A stretch of 64,000 nucleotides of DNA from assembly GCA_973895155.1 (NCBI GenBank), contig OZ316894.1:17266563-17330562 (forward strand). Direction: 5' to 3'. Shown here one piece after another: positions 62,163-64,000 of the stretch. How positions within the stretch are numbered: the first letter of the stretch is position 1; each line of letters begins with the position of its first letter. Source of the DNA: Marsupella aquatica. Taxonomy: Eukaryota > Plantae > Marchantiophyta. Below the pieces are notes generated by a model. The model worked only from the letters and a program-made list of their open reading frames with translations, was not told where the DNA came from and ran no database searches. Both the position numbers and the translations under genes were made by a program.

Positions 62163-64000
62163 TCATGTCTCACTAGTAGCAGTAGGTGGCATGGTCTTCA
62201 TTGCATCAACACTGCAAGTTGCTTCTGCATGGGAAGCAACCACTGGAGTGTCCTCACAGAGTGTAGCTGCCAATCTGAACACTTCTACAGGACCAACTCC
62301 CAAGTTCAGCATGTCTGTCGCTGAAAATAATGAGGTGCGTACTATGGCAGTAGCCGCCCCCAACAAGGTACCTGTCATCCCTGCTGCATCACTACCTGAT
62401 TCTGCCAACTTACCCACATCAGGGTTTGTCCGAACCGGGTTCATAGAGGCAGTCTGAACTGTCTCTGACAATGTAAAAGACTGAGGAAGCTTTGTCTGCC
62501 GACGTGCATCCCCCCTTTGTGGATCTAACTCCACTACTGCTCCTCGGGGCTCAAGAGCATTGGCTGCCCCACGTGTCAAAGCTGCTGATGCATCAATATG
62601 TGCAGTGTCACACATGAATCCCATGGTGGCAAGGTCTCCATTAGCTCCATAAGATGTGGAAGGACCATGGGATGTGGAAGGTCCATAGGATGTAGATGCC
62701 CCATCACCAGAATTAGGTATCACTTGGGAACTAGCCATGGCAGCTAGTTGTTGCTCCAATTGAGCAATCTTAGCATCCTTTGGATCTATGGTTACAGCAG
62801 GGGCAGCGTCACCTCCCTGTCTCCCTGCATGTGGCATGCCACGACCACGCCCACCACCTCTACCTCCTCCTCCTCTTCCCTGATCATGTGTACGGGATCC
62901 TCCTCTCCGTAACTCAGGGTGGAGTGAGAAACACCTATCCTTGGTGTGTCCAGGAGCTCCACAATGATCACACTGTCGCTGATCAGGCGCTGATGCTCCC
63001 CCTGATCCTCTATGATCTGGACAATATCTTTGTGCATGATCCCCACCACAGGTCCAACATCCTGACTGCTGTCCAGCATAAGAGGGCACAGGTCTCTGGC
63101 TGGTAGACTCTCGTGCAGTAGGCTTCTCCCTCTGGCTCTTCCATGCAGTAGGCTGTGGTGTGGATGTAGATGCAGCCTTTGGTGCTTCCTTGGCAAATCC
63201 GAAAGTCACCACCTTCTCATTCACCATATTGAGCTCAATGCGCTCAGAAAGGGTGAAAACAACTGCTAATGTGGGATCTGCATCCCTAAGCAGAGTGACA
63301 TCTCTCACTCTGCGTCGCAATTCTCTGTCCAGAATTGCATACCAAAACTGGACTGCCTGAGCCTCTGTCACTCCCTTGGTGACAGTGATCAATCTGCGCA
63401 TACGTGTGTATGCCTCACGTAGACTCTCTCCAGTCTTGCGTTGGAACTCCTGAAGACCCTTCAACTTATCAGTTCTCACACCCTGATAGTTCTGCTTCAG
63501 TACCTCAAAGAATTCCACCACAGGATTAAATGCTGGCGCAACTCCAGTTCCTGTCACAATCACACCGGCAGGAGTAGTGGTGGATGCTGCTGGAGTGTTG
63601 CTGGTGGATGGTGTGCCACTCTGGCTAGTGCTGCTAGAAGAAGCAGCAGCTGTGGCAATTGGTTGGGCAGCCGCACTAGTGCCATAGGTGATGGACACGT
63701 AATTAGGCGACCAATGCTGCCTTCATGCCTCAATCTCAACCAAATGAGCCTTCCGAAACTCATGGTAGTCATCCATGGGTGGCCCCTCCAAATGCTGGAA
63801 TAATCCCTTCCATGCCATGAAAGGGGTAAACAACGTGACATTACGCAATGTCTGCATATCGCACCACGTATCAAACTCCTGGATGAAGTCATCCAGATCA
63901 ATTGTGCCAACTGCACCAGAGTATCGTCGTGGGCCCTTTGTAGCCCCGTACATCTCGTCCATATCCCACAACAAAGGTGCAACCACCTGATGATGAGGAG
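62163..64000 (-). pseudogene. gag region of the gypsy element (capsid-like region plus two CCHC zinc knuckles)
   Basis: LQEFQRKTGESLREAYTRM (retrotransposon gag motif), CWTCGGDHAQRYC, CDHCGAPGHTKDRC and an RGG-rich tract. One internal TGA at 63723-63725. Confidence 0.85.

Larger units (their letters stand above)
58555..64000 (-). mobile_element. Ty3/gypsy LTR retrotransposon carrying a DNA cytosine methyltransferase (gag-PR-MTase-RT-RNase H; integrase absent; extends beyond the window)
   Basis: ORF pieces starting at 63986, 63698, 62144, 61169, 60119 and 59576 are all in one frame, separated only by single stop codons. One frameshift at ~59330. Domain motifs are given in the sub-features below. 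Confidence 0.92.

Noticed and set aside
58555-64000. DIRS/tyrosine-recombinase element (these carry a methyltransferase-like domain)
   Set aside because: The DIRS MT domain is adenine-MTase-like and follows RNase H, and DIRS elements lack an aspartic protease. Here the domain is a C5-MTase before RT, a DTG protease is present, and no tyrosine recombinase is seen.

Overview
This is eukaryotic nuclear DNA, most likely from a liverwort with organellar RNA editing. That assignment is inferred from the mitochondrial insert, which carries rps8, rpl6, rps1, a group II intron after rps14 nt 114, and apparently unedited codons. From left to right the window holds: a decayed Ty1/copia element with nested solo LTRs; an intronless EF-hand Na+/Ca2+ exchanger-like (NCL) gene; a two-exon BED-zinc-finger/coiled-coil gene; repeat-rich intergenic DNA (solo LTRs with TSDs, a MITE family, a ~1.5-1.9 kb tandem duplication); an FBL14-like F-box/LRR gene; a 5'-truncated LINE with poly(A) and a 14-bp TSD; and a ~12.2 kb nearly intact mitochondrial insertion (rpl2'-rps19-rps3-rpl16-rpl5-rps14-rps8-rpl6-rps13-rps11-rps1-atp8). 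After a CpG-rich LTR-like block comes the highlight: a Ty3/gypsy retrotransposon whose single gag-pol frame carries a DNMT3-type C5-cytosine methyltransferase domain between the protease and the reverse transcriptase. This copy is inactivated by five stops and one frameshift, lacks an integrase, and runs off the window. All calls come from motif recognition by eye; no searches were run.
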